Below are positions 14,276 to 27,145 of a stretch of 64,000 nt of DNA, piece by piece. This DNA comes from Octopus vulgaris (taxonomy: Eukaryota), in assembly GCA_951406725.2 (NCBI GenBank), contig OX597825.1, forward strand, positions 47,616,001 to 47,680,000, read 5' to 3'. The translations under genes were made by a program, and so were the position numbers. The notes beneath the pieces are model-generated. The model was not told the origin of the DNA. It did no database searches and saw only the letters and a list, made by a program, of their open reading frames with translations. The number at the start of each line of letters is the position of its first letter. The first letter of the stretch is position 1.

Positions 14276-16460
14276 TGTAGGGCACTGCTCATGTACTCAT
14301 AACAGACGAACTGTTGACAGAAACTTCACTGCAGGCTAGCTAGTGAGCTGGTGCACAGAGAAGGGACTTTCGGTTAGGAAGAAAAGAGGTCTGGGGATTT
14401 AGATGGCCGATCGTACTTGCCCTCACAGCGTAGCTGATTGAAGCAAAATAACCAATGCACCAACACACTCTTGTTCCTGATTATTTTTATGCATAAGTTA
14501 AACAAGTTATAAGTAGTGTCCCCGAAGTAGAAAACACGCAAACATGGCAAGCGATCACACAGCCGCACAAGCTCCCACAATTCTGGCCGAAGCGGGCCGA
14601 GCTATGTTTCGCACGGGTCGAAGCACAATTCAGCATACGAAAGATCGCCTGGGGCCTATGAAGTGTCCGTATGTAACAGCAGCACTGGATGAGGACACAG
14701 CAACAAGGGTACTAGATATCCTAACCCAGCCACCGGCTACTCACACATGCGCTACTTTGAAAGAGATTTGTGGAAATATTCCGGCCTAGCGACCGGGAAG
14801 TGGCAGCCGGCATTACTGGACGCGGAAGAATTTGGCAATTCCAAACCTTCCGAGCTCATGGATAGGATAGTGGCGTTAGTGCCTCCCGGTGAGTCACCTC
14901 ATTTTTTTTGTTTAGGGAGATATTCCTCCGTAAATTGCCACGGGAGTTGCGGGAGTTAGCAAAAGCGGCTGACAAGCAATTTTTGTCCGGCGGATTTACG
15001 ATCAACGCCATAATGTCGTCGCCGAGACATGGTAAAGTTACACGAGACAATCTGTTTTTATCACATGAAGTTTGGGACAAAGGCTACGAAGTGTAAGCAA
15101 CCGTGTAGCTTCAAGAACCCTTTGCCACCGGACCCGGGAAACTACAAGGCCGGCCCTCATTGAACACCCTGATGGCCGGTAAACACGATCAACTACTCCT
15201 GTATGTCCACGCTCGGAGCTCCAGACACAGGAGCAGAGGTCAGCGGGATCTCAGCATCGGCAAGGGACCTCTGTTATTTGAAGCAAGGCCAACCTTTAAC
15301 GGCTGCCAACGGCTCCACATTCGAAGCATACGGTCACTACATTTTCTCTCTTTACATCGGCTCACAAGCATACACATGGGGATTCACCGTCATTGATGTC
15401 CATCAGCCATTATCAGAGTGGACTTTCTTCGGGCACACTCATTGTTAGTCGATCTTCAGGGGAGATGACACATCAACAGCAACACGTATTCTACCATTTC
15501 TCTTGCAAAATGAGCACATGTCGCCCCTTGCATAGCAGCCGTCTCTCAAACCGAGAATGAATTCTCGAATATCCTTGTGAGGTGCCTGAATATCCCTACT
15601 CCGACATTCTCCAAACTTATAACCCGCCACAGAGTGAAATACCACATCCCCACTACCGGTCCTCCAGTGCACAGCCGTGCCTATCGGCTATCACGTGACA
15701 AACTTGCTGTTGCGAAGGCCAAATTCGACAAAAGCTTTGGGCATTGTTCGCCGATCAAGCAGTCTCTGGTCGTCACTCTTACATGTGGCACCAAAACCTA
15801 AAGGAGGTTGGCGACCTTGAGAAGATTATCACCGTTTCGACACAAACACACCTCCTTACCACTACTCCATTCTGCATATACAAGACTTCTTAGCCCAGCT
15901 AACCGAGTGCTCAGTTTTCTCGAAGGTTGATCTCATCTGAGGTTACCACCAAATACCGGTGCGAAACGACGATGTACCTAAAACCGATGTGATCACTCCT
16001 TTTGATCGGTACAAACTTCTACGCACACTCTTCGGCCTAAAAAGCGCAACACAATCTGTCCAACGCTTGATGGACACTGTGTGCATGGGTCTCGATTTTG
16101 TCTTTACGTACCTTGATGACATCTTTATCGCAAGCTAAAATGCGGAGCTATACAAGAAGCATAATGACCTCTTTTGAGAGACTGGAACAATATGGTTTGG
16201 TAATCAACCCCACCAAGTGTGTCTTTAGTGTTAAGGCAATCGACTTCCTATGACATCGAATCACAGTTGCCGGTGCTACACCCCTGCCAGAAAAATTGAA
16301 AGCCATCCTGTCCTTTCCACACCCCATCACATGTAAGGCTCTGCACTAATTTGTGCGTTTGGTAGACTTTATTATCGTTTAATCTCCTCGGCAACAAGTG
16401 AGATGAGACCCCTATACAAGACATTATCAAGAGAGGGCTCAAAAAGACAGGTGGAGTGGG
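14276..16460 (+). mobile_element. Ty3/gypsy LTR retrotransposon, 3'-truncated and decayed
   Basis: Putative 5' LTR starting TGTAG at 14276 to ~14510. Gag FW..FARVEAQF, protease DTGAEVS, RT GYHQIPV and YLDD (16109-16120). Many stops and frameshifts. Confidence 0.88.
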
Positions 16461-16689
16461 ATACATACATGCATGTGTGTATATGTGTATGCGTGTATTT
16501 CTCTAGCTGCAGAACTCCGAGTACTGGCTTAGTGTCCAGCACAGGATAGCTCACTTAATCTTTCAAGGAAAGACAGGGCCCTTTGAGTCTTTTGAGGCAA
16601 CACCCCTCTAGTGAAGGTGCCTCGAGAAAAATACTGTTGGCTATTGCATAATATCATCACTTTTCTCAGTATGATAGTAATGAATAAAA

Positions 16690-17380
16690 AAAATTAATAT
16701 AAACAACAGCGTAAATGAGGACGGAATTCGGGTGACGGACTAACGCCCGGCAGATGCCCTGCGAGTGAGCAGCACCGGCCAAGTCGTCATTATACGGCTG
16801 TCAGAACAAGATGGTCTAAGGCAATGAATATAGCTGATATGGCATGTAATGATTTGAGCAGACCTATTGATGGTGGTGGAGAGAGAGGAAGTGACTACAG
16901 CGAACGTTGATGAGCTTGTATTGGATGGTAATATTGAGGAGAGGGATGCTAGTTTGGAGAATGTAGAAAGACTGAGCGATGAGGGTAGAGGAATGATCAA
17001 CTAAACGGACTAAAGAATGTGGACAGAAATTTTCTCGGGGGTGAACTCGGAAGATGAATAAAATACTGAAAGCGATTAAGACAGATAATCTAACTGGAAC
17101 GAATAGATTGATTAAAGCTTGTACCATTTACATAGAAAATTAAGTAGGTCTCAAACCAAACCGTAACAGAGGAAATGTAGTGAAAGAGAAAACTGACGAA
17201 ATATGAAACTCTGCAGATAGAAATCAAAATCTATGGACCATGGAAAATGTCGGTGCCCTAGTTACATTGAGCAAAGCAATTAAAAAGAGGTTGCATAAGA
17301 CGGGCATATAAAGGTGAAAAGCACATCCAGAAAACAGCATTACATGGCAATGCAAAGAGTCTCTGCAAATTATACAAATT
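16690..17380 (+). mobile_element. R4/Dong-like (RLE) LINE relic, heavily deleted
   Basis: Fragments TNRLIKAC and C-terminal VGALVT / IQKTALHG, typical of R4/Dong C-termini. Confidence 0.4.
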
Positions 17381-17634
17381 GGTATTTATGTCTGTCTTTG
17401 TACCATTAATAAAGTAAATATGATTGCTTAAGAGAATCGAAACTAATGTGAGATCAGTTAGTCTGGAACCAACTTCTACATTGAAACCTATTTTACGACC
17501 GTTTTATTTATGATTGTAGGTGGGGGTTTCCCGAGATTAAAGGGAAAGCGTCCTCTAATCGGTGATGGGACCTTTATTTTTTAGGTAGAGTGGACAATGG
17601 ATAAAGTGTATGATTTAGCAACGGACTGCCTTTC

Positions 17635-17785
17635 CTACAGGCTTCCACTTAGATTCCATCTTAAAAATTTAATTCAACAGATTTGATCAGTCCGAGGCTA
17701 TGGGTAGAAAACACCCATTGTCCTGCCAAAGGGATTGAACCCAAAACCAAGTATTTGTGGAACTACTTCACCACACAGCCGTACT
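17635..17785 (-). mobile_element. Octopus-type tRNA-derived SINE (family A), degenerate
   Basis: Resembles 24960-25070 (ccgaggctat..gtagaa..gggattgaaccc..accacacagcc). Confidence 0.5.
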
Positions 17786-18444
17786 TATACCCAAAAGAAG
17801 AAAGTTACTTATTGATAGTCTCTCCTCAACTGGGTTGATGTTCTATGAAGTTGCCAAATACATTTATAGTAAGTATTTATGTGATATTCAGAAGTCATGC
17901 CCAGCAAAATAGTACGTTATTGCATTTCACGGCGAAACTCAGTCGATTGAAAAAACAAATAACCCAGCCATCTTGGCTTACTACACACACACGCACACGA
18001 TGTATAAATGATTCAGACATACCTGGAAGATAAGACAGGGTTTTAAATTTCATCTGTACTAGTCTTATCCACCCAAAAAGAGATATATTACGTCCAGCAT
18101 AAATTCATATGACGGGTTGGAAAAGCAATGACAAGCAGTTTCTTCTGATTTTGGTCATCAAAAATAGCGCATGTTGATTTTCACTGATAACTAAACCGAA
18201 ATTCTTTCGGTGACTTCTAAGCCTCTCCGTGTAGAAATATTCTTCCGATCTTACCAGCAATATGATTAGAAAGCAAAAAGCTTCCTTGTTTGTATATTTA
18301 GATACGCATTTGCCAGCCTACAAACACGCACATAGTAAGGAAAACTAATTGCTGAGAACTACTAACCGTTGAATTGAACACCCATGATTAGTACTACTAG
18401 TCAATGACCTTGATTCCTGTTTACACACACACGCGCGCACACAT

Positions 18445-18477
<33 letters not shown>

Positions 18478-18750
18478 GAGGCACACACACACACACGCAC
18501 ACACACACACACACGCACACACATACACAGACATTCACGCACGCACACTGCATCTATTTCCTTTTATATATATATTGCGAACAATTAACCTCAACTATCA
18601 ACCACACATTACACTAAGCAATTCATTAAGGTCACAATCCCATCTAATATAGGTAAGAGAATCTCGACTTTCTCGTACAATAATACCTCACTTAACAACG
18701 TATCAACGCTGTTTCAATAGAGTACACGGGTTCATTACACATATGCGTGC

Positions 18751-18824
<74 letters not shown>

Positions 18825-18838
18825 ACATCTATCTATCA

Positions 18839-18890
<52 letters not shown>
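18751..18890. repeat. (TCTA)n/(TCTG)n microsatellite
   Basis: Seen directly; 5' flank of LINE copy 3. Confidence 0.95.
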
Positions 18891-18891
<1 letters not shown>

Positions 18892-21800
18892 AAAAAAAAA
18901 AAACTCCAAACAAGAAAATGCAACCAAAGCAGGGAGATATCTGAACCCTGAAAGCTCCTTACACAACCAAACCAGCACCAACACCAACACCACAAAAACA
19001 CACACAATGCTATCAGTGATAGACACCAAAGACTCAAAACTAATGGAGTACATCACAACCCATACAAACATCTGTGAAGATGACTTCAAAACTAACAACC
19101 ATCCACGCACTACACCACCCAAACACATCAAAATACTACACATCACACAAACACAACACCGCACACTCAAAGCCCTCTTTCCAAATGCGGTTGGGGGGTT
19201 TCAAAAATATCTCTCGAAAAAACTCTACAAAAACCTCATCCAAGACACATCAAAGGACGAGGAAGCCAAAACTTTCGACACAAGTAACTCTCTGTACCTT
19301 CCTTTTTGTGTTTTAAAGTACACACCTCAATAGAATCATGGTCAAGATTGGTTGTGTAAATGCGCGTGGCTTGGGGTCTCCTTGGAAACAAGGGTACCTC
19401 CTAAATAACATCAAATCACACGATTTGGGAATCATAGCCATAAGTGAGACCAGACTCCACGAGCCACGGACCCTAAAGTCCATGTTTGGCGGACAGTTTA
19501 ACATTTATTTTTCTCCCTGCCTGCCGAGGATGGGCGGTAGTGGAACCGCGGTACTTTTTCACAAGAGCCTGGATCTCGAAGTCAAGACGATATTCGTAGA
19601 CCCGGAGGGTAGACTGGTCGTTCTGGATGTCGACGGCAGCAATGGGTGAGCTTTTCGACTCTTATCAGTCTACGCACCGCCTTTAACAGGTCGGCCGGAT
19701 TTCTTTCGACGCCTAGAAGTATTCCCGGGAACGTCTCGTCCTTTACTTTTAGTGGGGGATTGGACACGCATCTAGACTATGTGGGGAGAGACAAAAACAG
19801 AAGGGGATGCAAATGCCTCAGAGACCTACTCAGACGATTCCAACTGTCTGACAGGTACCGACTCGACCACCCAAATGCACCGTGCCGGGTAGAAGTATTC
19901 ATGACCGTGCCGGGTAGAAGTATTCATGACAACCTCCATCTGATGCGCTACATCATAGACAGAATAGTTAAGGAACCTGGCATGGGTGGGGCCCTGATCA
20001 ATTTGGATCAATCGAAAGCCTTCGATAGGGTAGACCATCGATACTTGGGGAAAGTCCTGAGTGCGGGTGGTTTCAGTCCCGCCTTCCGCGGCTGGATAGC
20101 TGCTTTGTACAGAGGCATCCGTTCGGTAATACGCGTAAATGGACATCTATCGAGACCTTTCGACATTGCACATTCGGTCCGTCGCTTCTATACGTATTGA
20201 CTCTCGAGCCACTACTGCGGAAGCTGGCGACTCTGAGGGTCATCCCGCGAGAATTGGGATGCGGGACGAGCGTGTCTGCATACGCGGACGACGTCACCGT
20301 CATAGTGTCAAGTCACGAGCACATCGAGCTGGTCGGCGAGACACTGAAAGACTACGAAGCGGTGACAGGAGCGAAAATTAACCGGGAAAAGTCAGTGAGC
20401 TTGCGGCTCGGCACCTGGAGAAGCAAGCCCATGCCGTCCACCAGTACCTTCGTCGTGGGACGCTGGACTGACGGCCCGGTTGAGTTGCTCGGGGTCTGGT
20501 TCGGTCCGGACCTACAAATGGAAAAGAACTGAAACGAGATAACGAGTAGGGTAGTCACTCTCGCCCGGCAATGGGCCGAGAGGAAACTGTCCCTAAAAGG
20601 TCGGGCGGAGGTGGCGAACACGTACATCGTGTCCATCATCTACTACCGCTTGACCGTTGTACCTTGTCCCGACCCTACCATCACCAAACTAGAACGCATT
20701 CTCTTCCGCTTCTTGTGGAAAGGATGCGTCCCGATGGTCAGGCGATCCATTTGCTGTCAACACCCGTTAAAAGGAGGGCTGGGCATGCCGTGGTTGATGA
20801 TGCGCAGACACGCGCTGAGACTGCGACATCTCAGGCTCTACGTAGACGACGGTGAACAGGTGTGGTTGCCGTTTGTGAGGCACGCTTTCCCGCATCTCGT
20901 CTCCATGACCGAACTGCAGTCGTGGATCAAAAAGAGGCCGAGGAAGGGCGTTTGGCACCGCGAGTGTCGCGTTGCTCTCAAGCAACTCTGCCCTCCCGGG
21001 TCGACCTTGAGTGACTTCAACACAACCTAAGCATTCTATAGGGGATTAGTGGAGGGGAGGTACGACGACGATCTTGGGGCAAACCTGGGCGTCGACGAGG
21101 AATATCTGACCCGCCTGTTCGAAACGACTTTCGGGCCGGGACCTATGGACAACTTCCAGAGATCCCTGGCCTGGCGGTGCTACCGAGAAGCGCTACCCGT
21201 TCGGGATAAGCTCTATAGGCATGGCTCGAGAAACACGGGGCCGACCTGCCCGAGATGCGGGCAGAGCGACGAAACCGTTCTGCACGCAATCGTGCAGTGT
21301 CCAACAATCTCCGACCTGTGGGCTTATGCCGAACGACTGCTGTCACGTGTGGGACGTGTCGGTTTCTCAGCCGAGTCTATAGTTAATATCGTCACGTCTC
21401 CTTCCTTCAAACGGGAAGAAAGAGCTATTTTTATCATACTTCTGGCTATGGCGAAAGAATGTATCTGGTGGACGCGCCTGAAAGGATTAGAGACAAACAC
21501 TTTCCTCTCTGGTCAATCTCTCATCAACTTCTTCAAGTATCACTTGAAGAGGAAAGTGAGAGTAGAGAGGCAAGTTTTGTCTAGTGAATGTTTTAAAAAA
21601 TGATAGGTAAATGTAGCAAGGATGGCACGTATGAATGACCAAGCCACCTTGACTATGATCCTATGAACCGTAAAAATTAATACAGAGTTGCTTATTTGTA
21701 AAAAAATATAACATGTGACTTCATTGACCGAGGTTACCGTGGTCTTTTCCGTAGGCTTTTCTTTCCACGGGTAAACCTCACCTGTCCTCCCCTTTACACT

Positions 21801-22002
21801 TCATATTGACATTTCTGTGATAACGATCCCTATTGATCGATTTTTTTCCTTTTCCTTTTATTTTTTATCCCCCCCTTTTTTCCCCTCTTTCTTTCCTTTT
21901 ACGAATCCTTTTGATCGAAAACCAAACCCCCTTTTTTATCCCCAAATTACCTTGTAATTTGTCCTGTCTGTGTGCAGCCCTGTGTGACTAATAAAGAAAA
22001 AT
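18891..22002 (+). mobile_element. Tx1-clade LINE, copy 3, 5'-truncated within ORF1 and internally deleted
   Basis: ORF1 C-terminus (19007-19333), ORF2 start MVKIGCVNARGL at 19338, LDQSKAFDRVDH, AYADDV, CPRC..H..C finger, AATAAA at 21990, then (TCTA)n. Confidence 0.93.
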
Positions 22003-22106
22003 ATCTATCTGTCTGTCTGTCTGTCTATCTATTTACCTATGTATGTATTATCTATCTATCTGTCTATCTATCTATCATCTATCTATCTCTTTCTCTCTCT
22101 CTCCCT

Positions 22107-22178
<72 letters not shown>

Positions 22179-23519
22179 AGTATAGTTAGCGGTTGTAATA
22201 ACCGTCTTAGGGATAATAGTATCCGTTCTTACTTTCGGTATCAATTACCTATGCTATCCCTGGGCATGGTTATGCAGGTACATTATGCTCATAGGGTGCA
22301 GGTAACAACAGAATAAACAAAAGTTTATCAGGGATCAAATTTAAATAATCAGGAAATGGAGAAAACTTCTGGTCAACAAACAAACAAATTGACCAACATC
22401 GGTTGATTATTTTTTTAATACAAAGCATGACATACCATTTCTTACGGCTGTTTCTGCTTCCAATGTTAGTCGGTGTTTATGAAAGAAATTCCGAAGATAT
22501 TATTCTTCATCTTCATAGCACATTCGATGAAGTGCATGGAGCTTCATCACAGTGAATACAAATGCGTGAAATAAAATAAACGAAGGGAACAGGGAACATG
22601 AAAGAGTAGAGCCTCGAGATTGAGCCAGATGACTCAATATATTAAAATCATACACACTTGGCATGACATTTTGTCATACCAAGTAAAATCGTCCAAAGCT
22701 AAATCATAAGAGGTCTTTGGTCTGGCAGACCTGCTGACTTTGTAACAGGAAACTCTCTTCCAAATCTACTAAGAACTCGGGTCGAGTTCTTCGAAAGAGG
22801 CGAGAATACTTTGTTGATTTAAATCCAGTCGCAATAAAATCTTCGGGTGGATACGAGGTGTATCTAGGAGTGAAGTTAACATCACAGGCCTTTAAGGCGA
22901 TTAAAGTGCTCAAATTTGGCAATGCCCCTGAAGAGGAAATTAATTTGCCCTATGTAATATTCTTTTTCTAGACATACTGTCTTATTTTAGTACTAGCTTC
23001 ATTCATTTCTGTTTACACACACTGGTTCCCTGTATTCAGGAATAACCCATAATAATTTCTTTAGATTACTGCCAGTTCACTCTTTCGCTATCGACTTCAA
23101 GCCCCACGCTGCAAGATTGTATGTTTTCGCTTGATATGACAAAATGTCACAAGTTCAAGGCACTGGATCAATCTCAATACCGTTAAAAAATAGTCCCAAT
23201 TAACCATTTTGATGATATCCCGCACCATATCGTAACACCTGGTAACTTAATATTATGTTCCTCCATAATATCATTACCGTATACTCGATTATACATGTTT
23301 CGATGAGCAGAAATAAAAGCGAAATAACCGTTCTTGTTCACCTACAGAGCGATTCATTTCACTTGGTTTTGAGGCATACAGAGTTTTTTTTAATACTCAA
23401 CGTTTTAAAGGGACCCTGCCTTCGACGAAATACCGCACCCTAAAAGCTTTTAAACAAAGCGTATGCATTAAGTATGTGATATCAATAATATCATATATAT
23501 ATATATATATATAAAAGAA

Positions 23520-24235
23520 GCTAAAAAGGAAGATACGCACACTCACATAGTTTTAATATAATTTTTAATATATCAACCGGTTTTGCCATCGATATTCATG
23601 ATATTATGTTTTACTTATTTGAATATGTATTTTCCTTAAGAGGAAAGTTTTGTCCATGTTGTGTGTGATGAAATTCACGAGTGAATGACTTAAGAAGTAG
23701 ATAAATAAAAGGGAGGTAATTGGTTATCGTTGTTATTGTTATTGTTGTGGATAAGGGAGATAACTGTTCATCTTTCGGTAATGGGAGGGGAATATATATG
23801 TACAAAGACAAGCTTCGAAAACCTTGTTTGGTGAGGGGATTTATGTACAGAGATGTAATCGTGAATTGAAATATGTACAAAACTGGTTATGCGTGCATAT
23901 TAAAACGTGTTCTGTATTTTTCAATGAAAAACGTTTCTTTATTTAAACGTTCTAGTGGAGAGATTGTATCCTTGCACTGGTAGAAGGGGAAGACTGTGAA
24001 ATTCGGTTTGATGTTATCTGCACATTTTTCTATATGTTCACTAAGAGGAATTTGCCTGTATTGCGGAAAACGGATTTGCTCTTTATGTAGAGTGATTCTT
24101 TTTCTCAAGGTCATACTCGCTTGTCCAATATAGTGGTGTCCGCCACCCGAGCAGGTTATTATATAAATTAAGTTCTCAGAGGCACAAGTGAAACTAGTTT
24201 TAAATGTGAACCTCTGTCCTTGTTTGAAAAGGAAA
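23520..24235 (-). mobile_element. Penelope-like element 3' fragment (GIY-YIG endonuclease)
   Basis: FTCASENLIYIITCSGGGHHYIGQASMTLRKRITLHKEQI...ERLNKETFFI; terminates in (TA)n. Confidence 0.8.
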
Positions 24236-24729
24236 TAAAGTTTGATATTAAAATTAACAACTAGAAATTAAAAATTAAAAATTTAAAAGTTTAGATTCAA
24301 AGTAATTGGGTATTGAATAATTCCAATATTATGAAGTGAAAGGTAAATAGAATTGAAATCGAAGTTAGAATTGAGAATAATTTGTTTTTAAAATTATAAA
24401 TAGGATTTAAAATAATTAGTAAATGTGAATATTATTAAGTAATTCAAAAACTAAAGAAAAGCATCAGATAAAAGGTGGATGATTAAAAAATTGAAAATTA
24501 GAAATTAAAAAGCTAAAATTTAAAATGTTAAAAAACTGAAGATCAAAAAAAATTGAATTGTCCTAAACTGAAGAACAACATAGACCGTCAAACCAGAAAG
24601 AGATAAACTATGTAAAGGTCATTACGTACTACAGATGAACTGGGTCATTACATCGTAGAGACGAAGGAGGGAGAGAACTTTTATTGATAGAACTGAATGG
24701 AATTGCCAGAAAGTTATATAGAAGAGTAT

Positions 24730-25070
24730 TCTTTTATTGTTTTACTTGTTTCAGTCATTTGACTGCGACCATACTGGTGCACCGCTTTTAGTCGAGGAAA
24801 TCGACCCCAGGACTGATTCTTTGTAAGCCTAGTAGTTATTCAAACAGTTCCCTTTTGCCGAACCGCTAAGTTACGGAGACGTAAACACACCAGCATCGGT
24901 TGTCAAGCGATGTTGGGGGATAAACACAGACATACAAACGACATACAAACGTATATATACACGACGGGCTTCTTTCAGTTTCCGTCTACCAAATCCACTC
25001 ACAAAGCTTTGGTCGGCCCGAGGCTATAGTAGAAGTCAACTCGCCCAATGTGCTATGCAGCGGGACTGCA
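24730..25070 (-). mobile_element. Octopus-type tRNA-derived SINE (family A)
   Basis: Characteristic cagtcatttgactgcg..gccgaaccgctaagttacg..ctttcagtttccgtctaccaaatccactcac..ggcccgaggctatagtagaag; homologous to 32426-32585. Confidence 0.75.
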
Positions 25071-25650
25071 ATAAATATTACAAAAAATCCGATTTTAGCT
25101 GCAAGAGAAGAGAACTGCGGAGGCCGCAAAAAAATAGAAGAAAAGAAGAAAACAAGAGTGAGAAACAAACATCTTTGAAAAAGAGCTGCATTAGCATTTC
25201 GTAGAAACGCAGGACATTGCAACAGATGATGTTTGATTATGACTGAATAATAGAGAACTTAAGAAAGAAACAGAAGGATTCATTGTGACTATCCAAAGTC
25301 AGTCATTATGAACGAATGTCATTAAAACAATAATAGTCAGAACCAAGTGCTAAGTGTAGAAGAATGTATTACGAGAAAGATGAGCCCGTTATGGACATAA
25401 TACTTGTAATTCTGCAGTGCAGAAAGAATGTGAACATAGGCACGATTGTGTAGCCAAACCATTATAATAGGACATATTGCGTCAACGGAGCTTTCAAGTA
25501 AGCAGACAATGGCATCGACACCAGTCAGAGAGTGCGATAGATAATGATAAGTTTAAGCAAGGTCTTATGTGACTTTACCGTATAGACAAATCATGATATT
25601 GAAGGAAGACAACCATTATTCTTCTGGACAATGTGCCTAAAGAGTATATC
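25070..25650 (+). mobile_element. R4/Dong-like RLE LINE relic
   Basis: LKKETEGFIVTIQ, HRHDCVA, and LCDFTV.TNHDIEGRQP (PD motif region) remnants. Confidence 0.65.
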
Positions 25651-25651
25651 A

Positions 25652-25659
25652 TAATAGTA

Positions 25660-25746
<87 letters not shown>

Positions 25747-25832
25747 ATAATAATAATAATAATAAGAAGAAGAAGAAGAAGAAGAACAACAACAACAACA
25801 ACAACAATAATAATAATAATAATAATAATAAT

Positions 25833-25868
<36 letters not shown>

Positions 25869-25870
25869 TA
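25652..25870. repeat. Compound trinucleotide microsatellite (TAG)n(TAA)n(AGA)n(ACA)n(TAA)n
   Basis: Seen directly. Confidence 0.95.
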
Positions 25871-25871
25871 T

Positions 25872-26690
25872 ATGAAGATTATACTGAATGGAAAGAACAA
25901 AATCAGGGCAATCAATACATGGTCTGTCTCTTAAATGGAATATGGCGCTTGAGGAAATGGATAGAAAGACAAGGAAGTGATGACAATGAACAAAGAACTA
26001 TATCATAAAAGCGATGTCGATATATTGTATGTGTCTAGAAACAAGGGAGGAAGAGGGCTCATAACGTGCAAGGTTTGCGCTGTTACTGAGGTAAACACTG
26101 TTGCATGCTACGTCAAACAACAGATTGAACTTTTAGTTGTTGCTGTAAGAAATTCGATATTAAGAAACTGTAAGAAACTAGATATCACTAAGAATAACGA
26201 GAGTCCTGTGTTATTTTAAAATTGGGATTTTACAGTCCAGTTTTATTCGGTGATTGATGTTCGGAGACTAAGCGTTCTTGTAATTATTGATAAAATGATG
26301 AAGGAAACCAAAATCATAGGTATTGCCATGACAGTGGATGATAATGAAGTAGAAAAGATTGAGAAGTATAAGCTACTAAAAGATGAGATTGCACAAATGT
26401 GGGCAATGTAGAAAATAAATGTCATCTTAATAGTTGTAGAAGCATCAGGGGGTATTAACAGCCAGGTTTGAGAAATTTGTTAAAGAGATTAGGAATGTCG
26501 CAAGGGCAGAACATGCTCAGAAAACAGCTTAATTGGCGACTGTGGTGATTTTGAGACTGGTACATGGATGTTGAGTAGCGAGGAAGAAGACCCTGTGAGA
26601 CCCTCGACAAATTGTTGTCCGCTGTTACAGAATTAGCCGGAATAAGTGAAACCGAAATCTCTGATAAGTGAATTGTACAATAACAACAAC
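25872..26690 (+). mobile_element. R4/Dong-like RLE LINE relic (second copy, internally deleted)
   Basis: LNGKNKIRAINTW, SDVDILYVSRNKGGRGL, EKIEKYKLLKDEIAQMW and QKTA.LAT motifs. Confidence 0.7.
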
Positions 26691-26704
26691 GACAATATTG
26701 ATAA

Positions 26705-26910
26705 CGGTTTCAAATTTTGGCACAAGGCCATTATGTTCTTGAGAGTAGGTAAGTCGACTACATCGACTCGCAATGCTCAACAGGTACTTATTTTATCGAC
26801 CCTGAAAGGATGAAACGCAAAGTCGTATTTGAACCCAGATCGTAAAGACATGCGAAATGCCACTAAGCATTTTGTCGAGAGTGCAAGCTATTCTGCCAGA
26901 TCGCCACCTT
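26705..26910 (-). mobile_element. Octopus-type SINE (family B)
   Basis: ggtttcaaattttggcacaaggcc..tacttattttatcgaccc..gaaaggatgaaa..ttctgccagatcgccacc; homologous to 44878-45093 and 55280-55545. Confidence 0.75.
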
Positions 26911-26949
26911 AACAACAGCAACAACAACAGCAACAACAATAACAACAAT

Positions 26950-27145
26950 GATTTCAAAGTTTGGAACACGGTCAGAAATTTCTGGGTAAGAGGTAAATCA
27001 ATTACATCGGTCCCTGTGATCAGCTGGTATTTTATCGAGGAATGAAAGGCAGAATTGACGTCAGCGGATTTGAATTCCGAACCTAAAAAGCCGTAATGAA
27101 ATACAACAAGGCATTTTGTCCTACACTCTAATGATTCTGCCAAAT
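26950..27145 (-). mobile_element. Octopus-type SINE (family B), degenerate tandem copy
   Basis: Same motif order as 26705-26910. Confidence 0.6.

Noticed and set aside
25633-25875. Poly-V/I/R/T ORF and the many YIYI/CVCV/THTH/LSIY ORFs across the window
   Set aside because: Translations of microsatellites.
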